Assembly: GCA_963666275.2 (NCBI GenBank)
Contig: CAXXOA010000001.1
Location: forward strand, 320,001-384,000
DNA from: Oceanispirochaeta sp.
GTDB taxonomy: Bacteria; Spirochaetota; Spirochaetia; DSM-2461
DNA length: 64,000 bases
Direction of reading: 5' to 3'
Shown here: positions 1 to 10,297 of the stretch, one piece after another
Position numbering within the stretch: position 1 is the stretch's first letter
How the letters are laid out: every line of letters begins with the position of its first letter
Notes under the pieces: generated by a model
Databases searched by the model: none
Told to the model about the DNA's origin: nothing
What the model saw: only the letters and a program-made list of their open reading frames with translations
Program-made: the position numbers and the translations under genes

Positions 1-2547
1 ATGACAGACCTTCTCTACCGCTGCAGCGAACCGACGGAAGAGGAGATCCGGGATGCCTTTTCGGGACTCTTTATCCGGGACGCCGGGTATATTCCTCTGT
101 TTAAAGCTGTGGAACTGGCGATCAGCTACAGGGACAGAGTGTCCGAGCATCTGGCTATTGCACCGGAGTTCCGCTCCGACCTGAGAGACGTGGGAAAGGC
201 CCGGAGAAAGGTGGACGGTCTGCAGCTTGTTATGGGCCGGAAAGCCTATGTGGATGACCGGATTGATGCGGCTCCCATGCATATGAAAATCCTGCGCAGC
301 CGCTTTGCCCATGCCTACATAAAAACAATTGATACCTCCATGGCAGAGAGTCTGCCGGGAGTTTTAATGGTTATTACCCATGAAAACTGCCCGGATGTGT
401 ATTACGGATCTGCCGGGCAGGGATTTCCCGAGCCGTCTCCCTATGACAAAAAGATGTTTAACAGGAAGATCCGGCATGCCGGAGACAGGGTGGCGGCAGT
501 AGTCGCCGAGTCGGAGCAGACCGCACTGGATGCTCTGGGGCTGATCCATGTGGAATACGAACCTCTTCCTGTGGTGCTGACTGTGGATGAAGCGAAAGCC
601 GAAGGGGCGCCGATTATTCAGAACGGGATTCTCGAATACGAAGGCGGGGCTCCGGATGATCTGGAGGAACAGAACAGAACCGCAGATCCCAGGGACGGTA
701 AAATTATCTATCAGTTCCCCATCGGTGCCAATCCAAGGAAGAATATCGCCGCCAGTGTTTCCGGCGGGATCGGAGATGTGGAAAAAGGATTTGCCGAAGC
801 CGATGTCGTTCTGGAACGGGAATATGAAACCTCCCAGATTCAGTGTACTCCTCTGGAAACCCACAGAGTCTATACAAAAATGGAGGGGGACCGTCTTGTC
901 ATTCATGCCTCCACTCAGGTTCCCTGGCATCTGAGGCGTATTGTGGCCCGGGTTCTGGGTATCAAAGAGAATAAAATCCATGTCATAAAGGAACGGGTCG
1001 GAGGGGGCTATGGTTCCAAGCAGGATATCCTTCTGGAGGAACTTGCGGCCTATGTAACATGGACAACAGGGAAGCCCTGCTACTACCAGTATACCCGAGA
1101 GGAGGAGTTTACCTCCTGCTCCACACGGTTTCCCATGAAGGTGGGAGTGAAGGTAGGGGCAAAGAAAGACGGCTCCCTCACAGCCGTGCAGATGACTGTC
1201 AACGCCAACTCGGGGCCCTTCGGCAATCACTGCCTGACCGTGCCCATGAATGCCTGTTCCAAATCGCTTCCTCTTTTTCTCTGCGATAACTTCCATTTTG
1301 ATGTGACAACCTACTATACCAATATTGCTCCCACCGGAGCCTATCAGGGCTACGGGGCTCCCAAAGGCTCCTATGCCATGCAGATGGCCATGGCCGAGCT
1401 GGCAGAGGAACTGAATATGGATCCCCTTGCCCTGCTGGAGAAGAACCGTGTACGGGAAGGGTCCATGCTTGAGATCCTCAAGTGTCTGGGAGAAGGCCGG
1501 GAAGGTGCTGCCGCCCGGGTTATGAGCTGCGGACTGGATGAAGCGCTCACTCAGGGTGCTGAAATGATCGAATGGGGCCGGAAAGAGCAGTCGGGCAATC
1601 CTGATATTAAAATAGGCAAGGGCGTTGTCATTATTCAGCAGGGGTCGGGTCTTCCCGGCCTGGATCACTCCAATGCGGATGTGAAACTCATGACAGACGG
1701 AACTCTTATCGTCCACACAGGTGGAACCGACCTGGGGACCGGACTGGATACGCTCTGTGTCAAAGTCGCTGCGGAAGTTCTCTGTACACCCATGGAGGAT
1801 ATCGCCATTGTCGCTGCCGACACGGACAATACATCCTTTGATACGGGAGCCTATGCCTCCAGCGGTACCTACTTTTCGGGGAATGCGGTCTATAAAGCCG
1901 CTGTCGCCCTGAAGGAGAAAATCCTGCAGGCCGCATCGGAAATGCTTCAGGAGCCTGTTGAGGACCTCATTGTGGACTTTCCCTCTTTTGTCAAAGGCAA
2001 AGCCGGTCAGGTCACCTTCGAAGAAATTTCAAGGGACTCTCTCACGGGAGAAGGGAGGGGGCAGCTCATCGGATTCGCCTCCTATACCACCGAAGATTCG
2101 GCTTTTCCCTATGGTGCCCATTACGCTCAGGTGGCTGTTAATACAAGAACGGGAGAAATCCGGGTGCAGAAGTACTATGCTCTGCAGGACTGCGGAACAC
2201 CCATCAACCCCGAACTGGCTCTGGGGCAGATTTACGGGGGCGTGATGAAGTCTATCGGACATACTCTCTATGAGGAAATGGTCTACGATGAAAGGGGACG
2301 CTGTGTGAATCCGAATCTGAGATCCTACGGTGTTCCCATGATGAATGATCTGCCCGATGATCTGGAGGCCAGACTTATCTTCACAGAAGATCCTTTCGGA
2401 CCCTTCGGAGGAAAGTCCATATCGGAAATCAGTGTCAACGGAGCCGCACCGGTTATAGCCAATGCGGTACATGATGCGGTTGGTGTCTGGATACGGGACT
2501 GGCCCATCACTCCCGAGAAGATTCTGAAGAGACTGGGTAAGATCTGA
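1..2547 (+). CDS. xdhD: Xanthine dehydrogenase-family molybdopterin subunit with the end of an N-terminal 2Fe-2S domain (XdhD/YgfN-like); 5' end lies outside the window
   Basis: Motifs RVGGGYGSK, AYQGYGAP, TDLGTG and GQIYGG are typical of the XDH Mo subunit. The N-terminal TDLL..PTEEEIRDAFSGLFIRDAG resembles the Fe-S segment of E. coli XdhD. Confidence 0.8.
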   Translation: MTDLLYRCSEPTEEEIRDAFSGLFIRDAGYIPLFKAVELAISYRDRVSEHLAIAPEFRSDLRDVGKARRKVDGLQLVMGRKAYVDDRIDAAPMHMKILRSRFAHAYIKTIDTSMAESLPGVLMVITHENCPDVYYGSAGQGFPEPSPYDKKMFNRKIRHAGDRVAAVVAESEQTALDALGLIHVEYEPLPVVLTVDEAKAEGAPIIQNGILEYEGGAPDDLEEQNRTADPRDGKIIYQFPIGANPRKNIAASVSGGIGDVEKGFAEADVVLEREYETSQIQCTPLETHRVYTKMEGDRLVIHASTQVPWHLRRIVARVLGIKENKIHVIKERVGGGYGSKQDILLEELAAYVTWTTGKPCYYQYTREEEFTSCSTRFPMKVGVKVGAKKDGSLTAVQMTVNANSGPFGNHCLTVPMNACSKSLPLFLCDNFHFDVTTYYTNIAPTGAYQGYGAPKGSYAMQMAMAELAEELNMDPLALLEKNRVREGSMLEILKCLGEGREGAAARVMSCGLDEALTQGAEMIEWGRKEQSGNPDIKIGKGVVIIQQGSGLPGLDHSNADVKLMTDGTLIVHTGGTDLGTGLDTLCVKVAAEVLCTPMEDIAIVAADTDNTSFDTGAYASSGTYFSGNAVYKAAVALKEKILQAASEMLQEPVEDLIVDFPSFVKGKAGQVTFEEISRDSLTGEGRGQLIGFASYTTEDSAFPYGAHYAQVAVNTRTGEIRVQKYYALQDCGTPINPELALGQIYGGVMKSIGHTLYEEMVYDERGRCVNPNLRSYGVPMMNDLPDDLEARLIFTEDPFGPFGGKSISEISVNGAAPVIANAVHDAVGVWIRDWPITPEKILKRLGKI

Positions 2548-2554
2548 TAAGTCT

Positions 2555-2615
2555 GTAGGGCTGAAAGGGCAGTAAAGGGCAATTCATGAATTGCCCATGT
2601 AGCCCTTACAGCCCT
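2555..2615. repeat. REP-like nested palindrome between convergent genes
   Basis: Perfect 20-bp palindrome GGGCAATTCATGAATTGCCC (2577-2596) inside 14-bp arms AGGGCTGAAAGGGC (2557-2570) and GCCCTTACAGCCCT (2602-2615, 1 mismatch). GTAG at 2555. Confidence 0.7.
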
Positions 2616-2663
2616 GACCTCACTCTAACATTTCTTTAGCCAACCAAATGTCAGATTACAGAA

Positions 2664-3407
2664 TCAGCGGGTTCTTGTTCCTGACCAGGTTCCAGATTCT
2701 CCGTAAACATTCCATGCTCCGGTGATAGAATAACCGGAGATCGTACCTGTTCCTGAGTATGAACTTTCAATGACAAGGTTTACTGAGGAAGAGGAGATTG
2801 ACCCGTAAAAACTACCGGTTCCAGGTGTTCCGGAATACACTCCTTCAATGTCGGTCTCCTCGATAATGAAATTCCATACTCCCGATTCGTCTCCTGCAAA
2901 GGTTCCTTCCCAGGCTTCCAGAAGTGCATCCGATTCTTCTTTGTCCGCTACAGCGACAATGGGAGTCCCATCCGCCAGCACTGTTACATCATTGACAGTA
3001 CCCGTAGAACTAATATCCAAGTCGAACTCAAAAACAATCCCAATGATGGTAATGGTTATATCCACCAGAAAGCTGCCGTCCGCTTGTTCTGTTGCCGTAC
3101 CGGTTGATGTCAGGGTTGTTCCCTCAACCTCCAGATACAGAGTCGCATTATACACATCTCCGTCCGCTCTGCCCTGGGCGACATTATCAATGTCGATCAT
3201 GAAGGTCCCTGAGGTATCCTCATCAGCAATAACACCTTTGTAAATACCTGTTGCTTTTCCGTCATCAGCCGCCTCTGCATCCGGAGTTGTTGTTAAAGTG
3301 GTTTCGGTATCACTGCTATCTTCGTCATCACTGCCGGAATCAGAATTCAAGTCGCAGGCAAAAAATAAGAGCAGAGGTAGAAGAAGGATAAATAGTACTT
3401 TTTTCAT
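2664..3407 (-). CDS. Hypothetical lipoprotein (acidic, Ser/Thr/Gly-rich)
   Basis: MKK plus hydrophobic signal peptide and LFFAC lipobox; RBS AGGAG upstream. Confidence 0.75.
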   Translation of the reverse strand: MKKVLFILLLPLLLFFACDLNSDSGSDDEDSSDTETTLTTTPDAEAADDGKATGIYKGVIADEDTSGTFMIDIDNVAQGRADGDVYNATLYLEVEGTTLTSTGTATEQADGSFLVDITITIIGIVFEFDLDISSTGTVNDVTVLADGTPIVAVADKEESDALLEAWEGTFAGDESGVWNFIIEETDIEGVYSGTPGTGSFYGSISSSSVNLVIESSYSGTGTISGYSITGAWNVYGESGTWSGTRTR

Positions 3408-3472
3408 AATAATAAAACTCTCCTGTTCAATAGTAACTTTTTAATATTATACGTCTGTTTTATTTTTTAAAC

Positions 3473-3500
3473 AAAAAAAAGGGAGGAAAAAATCCTCCCT
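3473..3500 (-). terminator. Rho-independent terminator of the reductase fusion gene
   Basis: AGGGAGGA-N5-TCCTCCCT hairpin followed by a U-tract on the minus strand. Confidence 0.7.
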
Positions 3501-3522
3501 CATTTCCAGAGCTATATATTTC

Positions 3523-5997
3523 TCAGATAAACAGAGTCGACTGGGCTTCGTCGGCGGCGCTGAGCATAGAGGCGACTCCTCCGATTTCCACTCCGTCAAG
3601 CAGTTCTTCTTTTTTGACGCCCATCACATCCATGGACATCTGACAGGCTACCATTTTCACGCCGCTTTTCACGGCCTGCTGGATCATCTCTTCCAGACTG
3701 TCCACACCCAGAGCCTTCATACGGCTCCGCATCATGGAAGCGCCCATGCCGCCCATATTGATTTTGGAAAGGCCCAGTTTCCGGGAGCGGGAGGGGAGCA
3801 TCATGCCGAACATTTTGCCCATAAAGTCTTTTTTAACCCTTCCCGGATTCTCTTTTTTGATCACTGAGAGCCCCCAGAAGGTAAAGAACAGAGTGACATC
3901 CTTACCGGCCGAAGCCGCACCGTTGGCAATGACGAAGGTGGCAAGAGCTTTATCCAGATCATCGGAAAAGACAATCATGGTCTGTCCGTTCTGACTGCCC
4001 CCTCCTGCTCTGGATGTGACAGGCTGACCGCCTTTTTTGATCAGAGCTGTGACTTTGGGGCCATTCTGTTCGACTGAAACAACAGAATTTCCTGTCATTT
4101 TTGCCCAGGCATAGACATCTTTGGCAAAACCGGGGTCTGTGGCCGTTTCCTGGATCAGTTCTCCCGGCTTGATTTTGCCCATTTCCTCTTTCAGTTTCAT
4201 CACAGGACCGGGACACTGGAGTCCGCAGGCATCCACTTCCAGGGTTTTGATCTCTCCCGGGGCAATCATAGTGTTATGCTCCACATCGGTCTGATAGATC
4301 ATGTCGTTTTTACCGATGTAGTCTTTTTCAAAAATATCTTCGTTGCTCTGTTTCTGGGTGGAGAGGCTGTAGGTTTTCATACCACCTGAAAGGTTGTAGA
4401 CCTCATCGTAGCCGTTCTGACGGAGGATCCTCTCTCCCATATAGGCCCTTTTTCCTACACCGCAGAAGATAATGACTTTTTTGTCTTTCGGAACTTCTCC
4501 GATGCGGCTTCTCAGTTCATTGAGGGGAATATTGACCGAACCGTCGATTGTGTCGATGCCGAACTCTTCGGGTGTCCGGATATCCAGCAGGAAGCGGTCG
4601 TTTTCAGGAATATCAGCCAGCTGGTTCCAGCGGATATGCTTTGAACTGCCGTTGAGGATATTCTCTGCAATAAAACCGGCAATATTGACGGGATCTTTGG
4701 CAGAAGAGAAGGGAGGGGCGTAGGCGTGCTCAATTTCCTGCAGATCATCGATGGTTCCGGCATTTCCCAGGATAACGGCAAAAAGGTCTATCCGTTTATC
4801 CACTCCGTCGTAACCTACAATCTGGGCTCCCAGGAGCTTCCTCTCTTTATTGAATATCGTCTTGATTGTCATGGGAAGGGCATCCGGATAGTAGCCGGCA
4901 TGGCTGGTTCCGTGCATAACCAGGGTTTCAAACTCTTTTCCCGCCCGGACAAGCTGTTTTTCCGACAGACCGGTAGAGGCCACTGTCAGGTCGAAGACCT
5001 TGGCAATTCCTGTGGCGATGGTACCGCGGTAGGTTCTTCTGTCTCCCTGAATGATATTGTCCGCTGCGATCCTGGCCTGCTTATTGGCCGGCCCCGCCAG
5101 GGGAACCCTCAGAGAATCTCCTGTGATGGGATTGGGGAACTCGGTGGCATCTCCCAGAGAGTAGATATCCCTGTCGCTGGTTCTCAGGTATTTGTCTATG
5201 ACGATCCCGCCGGTCTGACCGATCTCCAGATCCGCCTCTTTAGCCAGTTTTATATCCGGTTTGACCCCGATGGAAAGGATGATCAGATCCGTTTCGATTT
5301 CTCTTCCGCTCTGGAGAGATATACTGACGGTTTCTCCCTTGTCATGGAAGGAGGATACGCCGTCTTTCAGGTAGAACTCCACCCCTTTGACTTTGAGATG
5401 CTGATGCACTTCTGCGGCCATTTCATAGTCAAGGATATTCATTACCTGATCAGCCGCCTCTACTATGGTCACAAAGATTCCCTTGTGATGGAGGTTCTCC
5501 GCCATTTCAAGACCGATGAATCCCGCACCGATGATAACAGCCCGTTTGGGCTTTTTCTCTTCCACAAAGGATTTGATCGTATCTGTATCAGGAACATTTC
5601 TGAGAGTGAAAATCTTATCGTTACTGATGCCTGGAATTCCCGGTCTCAGGGGTTCCGCACCGGGAGACAGAACCAGTTTATCATAGCTGTCCTGAAACTC
5701 CTCGCCTGTTTCGAGGTTCTTCACAGTCAGAGTTTTACTATCCCTGTTGATGGCAGTGACTTCATGATTTACCTTGACATCCACATTCAGAAGCTGGGAA
5801 AAACTTTCGGGTGTCTGGACAAAAAGTCTCTCTCTTTCGGGGATGGTATCTCCGATGTAGTAGGGCAGACCGCAGTTGGCATAGCTTATATAGGCCCCTT
5901 TTTCGTAGATCCGTATCTCCGCATTTTCATCCAGCCGTCTGAGACGGGCTGCTGTGGTGGCTCCGCCGGCAACCCCTCCGATGATAAGAACTTTCAT
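3523..5997 (-). CDS. CoA-disulfide/persulfide reductase fused to rhodanese, TusA/SirA and DsrE2-like domains
   Basis: GGVAGG FAD motif, SYANCGLP redox Cys, GAGFIGLE, HAYAPPFS, rhodanese IFCGVGKR, TusA DACGLQCPGP, and DsrE-like TLFFTFWGL / ACQMSMDVMG. Confidence 0.9.
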   Translation of the reverse strand: MKVLIIGGVAGGATTAARLRRLDENAEIRIYEKGAYISYANCGLPYYIGDTIPERERLFVQTPESFSQLLNVDVKVNHEVTAINRDSKTLTVKNLETGEEFQDSYDKLVLSPGAEPLRPGIPGISNDKIFTLRNVPDTDTIKSFVEEKKPKRAVIIGAGFIGLEMAENLHHKGIFVTIVEAADQVMNILDYEMAAEVHQHLKVKGVEFYLKDGVSSFHDKGETVSISLQSGREIETDLIILSIGVKPDIKLAKEADLEIGQTGGIVIDKYLRTSDRDIYSLGDATEFPNPITGDSLRVPLAGPANKQARIAADNIIQGDRRTYRGTIATGIAKVFDLTVASTGLSEKQLVRAGKEFETLVMHGTSHAGYYPDALPMTIKTIFNKERKLLGAQIVGYDGVDKRIDLFAVILGNAGTIDDLQEIEHAYAPPFSSAKDPVNIAGFIAENILNGSSKHIRWNQLADIPENDRFLLDIRTPEEFGIDTIDGSVNIPLNELRSRIGEVPKDKKVIIFCGVGKRAYMGERILRQNGYDEVYNLSGGMKTYSLSTQKQSNEDIFEKDYIGKNDMIYQTDVEHNTMIAPGEIKTLEVDACGLQCPGPVMKLKEEMGKIKPGELIQETATDPGFAKDVYAWAKMTGNSVVSVEQNGPKVTALIKKGGQPVTSRAGGGSQNGQTMIVFSDDLDKALATFVIANGAASAGKDVTLFFTFWGLSVIKKENPGRVKKDFMGKMFGMMLPSRSRKLGLSKINMGGMGASMMRSRMKALGVDSLEEMIQQAVKSGVKMVACQMSMDVMGVKKEELLDGVEIGGVASMLSAADEAQSTLFI

Positions 5998-6050
5998 TTT
6001 AGTCTCCTGTCTTTTATTTGAATAGAGAAATAAATATAGATATTAAAATA

Positions 6051-6069
6051 ACAATATATAAAATATTGT
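6051..6069. promoter_or_regulatory. Inverted repeat, candidate repressor operator
   Basis: ACAATAT-N5-ATATTGT, ~55 bp upstream of the 5997 start in a divergent intergenic region. Confidence 0.4.
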
Positions 6070-6227
6070 ATATGTGAGAAAATGACAACCCTTTCAGTAA
6101 AAAAATCTCTAAAAAAAGCATTTGTTCTGTTTTTCGGAATATATGTTTGATATTTACTCCTATAAATTCCGTCTATAATTGTAAGTGACAGTTACTGAAC
6201 TATCATGTGTTATAAGAATAGATATCA

Positions 6228-8753
6228 ATGACAAAGGGTTTAAATTTGAAAAAATACAAAGTCTTTCTGATAGGTCTTTTAGGACTCTCTCTGACGCTCA
6301 GCGCCAGAGACCTGAATCTTACCGTTATAGACAGGGATCTTGAAATTCCCCTGGAGGGAACCCTTATCACCGTAGTCGGGATAGAGGGGGAATTTTATAC
6401 CGGCGTGGACGGAGCCGTTTTACTGAATGTTCCCGATGCCATGGAACGGGTCGTGCTCTTGATTAGCTATCCCGGGTATGAGGGGGTGCGTCTTCCTGTC
6501 AGCTCCGATCAGAATGACCTCTCTGTCTCTCTTGTGATTGCCGGTTTTATCGAAGGGGAGGAACTTGTTGTAGAAAGGACGGCTCCCGGAGAGAGTGATG
6601 AAGAGGTAGGCGTCTCCATTGTCATGGACAGGGAGGAGATGAACACCACCGCCAATATAGGGATCATCGAGGATGTGATGTCCTCTATCAAAACCCTTCC
6701 GGGAGTGGGGTATACCTCCAGCTGGGATGCCCAGCCCTCCATCCGGGGAGGCTATCCCGAAGAGCTCTCTGCCTCGCTGGACGGCTTTTATGTGACCTAT
6801 CCTTTTCACTGGGGCGGCGGGTTCTCCATATTCAATCCCAATATGGTGGAGACGGCTAAACTCTCCCACGGGATCTACTCGGCCCGGTACGGCAGAGCTC
6901 TGTCAGGGCTCCTGGAGATTACAACCAAAACCCCGGATGAACCGGAGGTCCGGGTGGACGGCTCTTTTTCCACCTCTTCCACCGATCTTTTTATCCGTTC
7001 TCCCCTGGGGAAAAAGTCAGGTCTCTTTCTGGGGGGCAAAATCACCTATCTGGATACACTGAAACTGGTTCAGCCCGAAGAGCTGGAAGACATGACCACC
7101 ATGCCCTTTATCAGGGACCTCTACGGAAAATGGTACTACCGTCCTTCCAATGAACTGGAGATCTATCTCAACGGATTTCTCGGGACTGACGGCGTCGGCG
7201 TCGATACCACAGCAGAAGGAGATGACGGGGTTACCACTGATATCTACTTTGACTATGACTATATAAACAGTTTCCTGGCGGGAGGTGCGAAATGGGCTCC
7301 TTCCAATACATTCTTTGTGGATTTTCTGACTGGATACAACTGGAACATTATGACCATGGAGTTTGATGTTTCCAATTCGGGAACAAGAGAATACAGTCAG
7401 GAGTTTATCGACCGGTTCGGCACTCTGCTAGGCCTTTCAGCGGGAGATTCCTATACCATCGACGGTTTACGAAGCTACGGTACCGAAGATCTGGATATCC
7501 GGCAGTTTCAGATGAAGATCACAGGAGAAAAACTCCTGAATCCCACCAATATTGTGGCCGCAGGGGTGGAGGAGGTTTTCAAGCAGACCAATGAAGCCTC
7601 CGAGTTTACCGGTTGGATGAGCTTTTCTGACAACAGCGGCAGTTTCAACCTGGAGGAGAGGAGTTTTTCCACCGATGTGGAGGGGAACAACTCTCTGAAC
7701 AGTGCGGTGTTTCTCCTCTGGGAGAACGGCAGTGACCAGTCCCGTCTGAATACGGAGCTGGGCCTGCGGGGAGAGCTGTACCGGATCTGGCACGACGACT
7801 TTTCCATGAATGCCCTTCCTGTTGTGAATCCCCGGGCCAGTGTCACCTGGACAGCCCTGGAAGACCGCTACGGTCTGGATAAACTGAATCTCTCTCTGGG
7901 AAGCGGCATTTTTTCCTCCTTCCCCCTGACTGTGGAACTTTTTGAAGAGCAGTACGGTGTGGATGACTGGACTATCAATCCCGATCAGGCTCTGTTTAAT
8001 GTGGCCGGAGCGGAACTGCACTGGCATGACCAGTGGAAACTGTCGGCGGAAACCTATTACAAACACTATCTGAACCGTCTGGTTCTGACCACCGAACAGG
8101 ATGAAAACGGCGAGTCCCAGCTCTACTACAACACCGATGGCCGGGGCCGGGTAGCCGGGTTTGACCTGATGCTTCAGAAAAAGTCGGGAAGGAAGTGGGA
8201 CGGCTATCTGACCTACTCCTTCATTTACGCCCGGTTTTATAATCCCTCCAATACGGGCACGGCAGAAGAAGCGGAAGATTCCTATACCAACTCGGGAGAA
8301 CCCCTGGATGAGTGGTTCTTTCCCTACTATCACAGATTCCACAATCTGAATCTGGTATTGAACTGGCATTTTCATCCGGGCTGGACCTTTTCCGTTCTGG
8401 GTTCCCTGGCAAGCGGGGCCCCCCGGGAAAAGGTGGGAGATATTTCCATGTATCCTGCTGTCTATGAAGGGACCTATATTGAACAGTATGCCCGGTCCAG
8501 TTCCTATTCGGACAGCCTGAGAAACGGCATTTCCGCCCCCATTGATCTGCGGATAGCCTATGGTCATTACAGGGAAGGTTCCAAAGTGTACTGGGAGTGG
8601 TACGTGGCTGTGGAAGATATACTGGCCAATTTTTATGCCCCCTCGGCCAATTCCAGCTTCAATTCCTATACAGGAGAGGAGAATACGGATACATCCGCTG
8701 ACTTCAACCTGGGAATTCCCGTGCCATCATTCGGGATTAAAGTGAGTTATTAG
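6228..8753 (+). CDS. TonB-dependent outer-membrane receptor
   Basis: Signal peptide, N-terminal CarboxypepD-like segment (LLISYPGY), plug motifs TLPGV, SIRGG and SARYGRALSG, C-terminal aromatic residue (KVSY). Lies upstream of exbBD-tonB. Confidence 0.85.
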   Translation: MTKGLNLKKYKVFLIGLLGLSLTLSARDLNLTVIDRDLEIPLEGTLITVVGIEGEFYTGVDGAVLLNVPDAMERVVLLISYPGYEGVRLPVSSDQNDLSVSLVIAGFIEGEELVVERTAPGESDEEVGVSIVMDREEMNTTANIGIIEDVMSSIKTLPGVGYTSSWDAQPSIRGGYPEELSASLDGFYVTYPFHWGGGFSIFNPNMVETAKLSHGIYSARYGRALSGLLEITTKTPDEPEVRVDGSFSTSSTDLFIRSPLGKKSGLFLGGKITYLDTLKLVQPEELEDMTTMPFIRDLYGKWYYRPSNELEIYLNGFLGTDGVGVDTTAEGDDGVTTDIYFDYDYINSFLAGGAKWAPSNTFFVDFLTGYNWNIMTMEFDVSNSGTREYSQEFIDRFGTLLGLSAGDSYTIDGLRSYGTEDLDIRQFQMKITGEKLLNPTNIVAAGVEEVFKQTNEASEFTGWMSFSDNSGSFNLEERSFSTDVEGNNSLNSAVFLLWENGSDQSRLNTELGLRGELYRIWHDDFSMNALPVVNPRASVTWTALEDRYGLDKLNLSLGSGIFSSFPLTVELFEEQYGVDDWTINPDQALFNVAGAELHWHDQWKLSAETYYKHYLNRLVLTTEQDENGESQLYYNTDGRGRVAGFDLMLQKKSGRKWDGYLTYSFIYARFYNPSNTGTAEEAEDSYTNSGEPLDEWFFPYYHRFHNLNLVLNWHFHPGWTFSVLGSLASGAPREKVGDISMYPAVYEGTYIEQYARSSSYSDSLRNGISAPIDLRIAYGHYREGSKVYWEWYVAVEDILANFYAPSANSSFNSYTGEENTDTSADFNLGIPVPSFGIKVSY

Positions 8754-8763
8754 GGGGCTCAAT

Positions 8764-9642
8764 ATGAAATCGAGGAAAAATACAATGCCAATTAATAGAA
8801 CTGTATTTCTATTCTGTCTGGGAGTCTCTCTCCTGTTCCTTGCCTCCTGTGCTACAGAAAAGGGCCTTTACTCCTGGGAAGGGGAGATCCCTTCGTCAGG
8901 ATGGACACTGCGGGTGAATGACAGGAATCAGGCGTCTCTTTCCCTCCCCTATGGCGAGGGGATCTCCATCAGCGGCGAAGCCTTTCAACAGGACAGCGGG
9001 AGCTGGATCTTTCACATGGATTATCTGGAATGGTTTTCCAACTGGAGCGACGGGTGGACCGATGCCCGGTTCAGTATGGTCGGCAGTCTGGAGCTGAACT
9101 CCCGGGGAGACCGCTGGACTATTACAGTCCGGGAGACTCCGGAGATCCAATCGGTTCTTGCCGCGGAAATCCGATATAAGGAAACCCGTTTTTACGGTGA
9201 CCGGTCCCGGGATATGATCAGCAGAAGATGGACCAGAGTGAAAGCCCTGGCTCCCTTTATCGAGGAGTCTCTGGAGCTGGAGGACTATGAATTCGCCCAT
9301 AAGCGGAAAGGCTTCTATTCCCGGGATTTTATGGATGATACCGCATCCCTCCTGTTTCCCGAGCAGTACGGATATCTGGAGGGATTCTCTGAACAGGCGT
9401 CGGGTGACGGGGAGAGGTATACCCGCGAGGAAGGGATCCTCTGGGACCGGTATTACAGCCAGGCCTATCTGCCGGAAGAGCTGATCCCTGTAAGGGATTC
9501 AGGAACCCTGTTCCGGGACTTCGAAGAAGGGGCGGATCTCATAACCCTTTCTGTCACCTGGAATACTCTCTGGGAGACTTTTATTCCCGGATCGGAAATA
9601 CACTTCACAGATAATACAAAAGAAGGAGCTCTCAATGACTGA
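8764..9642 (+). CDS. Hypothetical lipoprotein in the TonB operon
   Basis: FLASC lipobox; its stop overlaps the exbB start. Confidence 0.75.
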   Translation: MKSRKNTMPINRTVFLFCLGVSLLFLASCATEKGLYSWEGEIPSSGWTLRVNDRNQASLSLPYGEGISISGEAFQQDSGSWIFHMDYLEWFSNWSDGWTDARFSMVGSLELNSRGDRWTITVRETPEIQSVLAAEIRYKETRFYGDRSRDMISRRWTRVKALAPFIEESLELEDYEFAHKRKGFYSRDFMDDTASLLFPEQYGYLEGFSEQASGDGERYTREEGILWDRYYSQAYLPEELIPVRDSGTLFRDFEEGADLITLSVTWNTLWETFIPGSEIHFTDNTKEGALND

Positions 9643-10297
9643 ACAGTGGAGCCTGATAAGATTTTTTGAAATGGGAGGGGTCTTTATGTGGCCTCTGCTC
9701 ATCTTTTCCGTTTTAACAGTCGGCCTGATACTGGAGCGGGTTATTTATATCCTGCTTCATGATCTGAGAACCGGCAGGGTCCGCAGGGAACTGATGCCTC
9801 TTATTGAAGAGGGAAAACTGAATCCCGCAGAGGAGTATCTGAAAAGCCTGAAATCCCGGAATGTTCCGGGCAGGATCCTCAGGGAGGTGATGAAAAATGC
9901 CCCCTATGGCGAGCATCGCATGGAAAAAGCGGTGGAAGCGGAAGGGCAGGAGCAGATAAGGCGTCTTGAAAACGGATTCAGTTTCCTCTCCGCTCTGGCA
10001 TCCATTGCCCCGCTCACAGGATTCCTGGGAACCGTATCAGGAATGATCGGCGCTTTCCGTTCCATTGCCGAAGCGGCGGATGTGAATGCCCAGCTTGTTG
10101 CCAACGGTATCTACGAAGCCCTGCTGACAACCGTTTTCGGATTGATCATCGCCATCATCGCCCTGGTGGGATATAACATACTGGCTCATAGGGTGGACAC
10201 CTTTGCAGCAGATATTACTAAAGCCGCCAGCGATCTTGTGTCAGCCCTCAGTATTCATTCAGAAAATGAAAGTCATGGAAGGGGTTCCTCCCTGTGA
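9635..10297 (+). CDS. exbB: MotA/TolQ/ExbB proton channel protein
   Basis: GGVFMWPL, APLTGFLGTVSGMI and GIYEALLTTVFGL motifs. Confidence 0.9.
   Translation: MTEQWSLIRFFEMGGVFMWPLLIFSVLTVGLILERVIYILLHDLRTGRVRRELMPLIEEGKLNPAEEYLKSLKSRNVPGRILREVMKNAPYGEHRMEKAVEAEGQEQIRRLENGFSFLSALASIAPLTGFLGTVSGMIGAFRSIAEAADVNAQLVANGIYEALLTTVFGLIIAIIALVGYNILAHRVDTFAADITKAASDLVSALSIHSENESHGRGSSL

Noticed and set aside
364..1716. Long antisense ORFs (e.g. 364-1716, 4726-6021, 7467-8567, 24232-25767, 26905-28065)
   Set aside because: They mirror well-supported genes on the opposite strand and carry no recognisable motifs; expected shadow ORFs.
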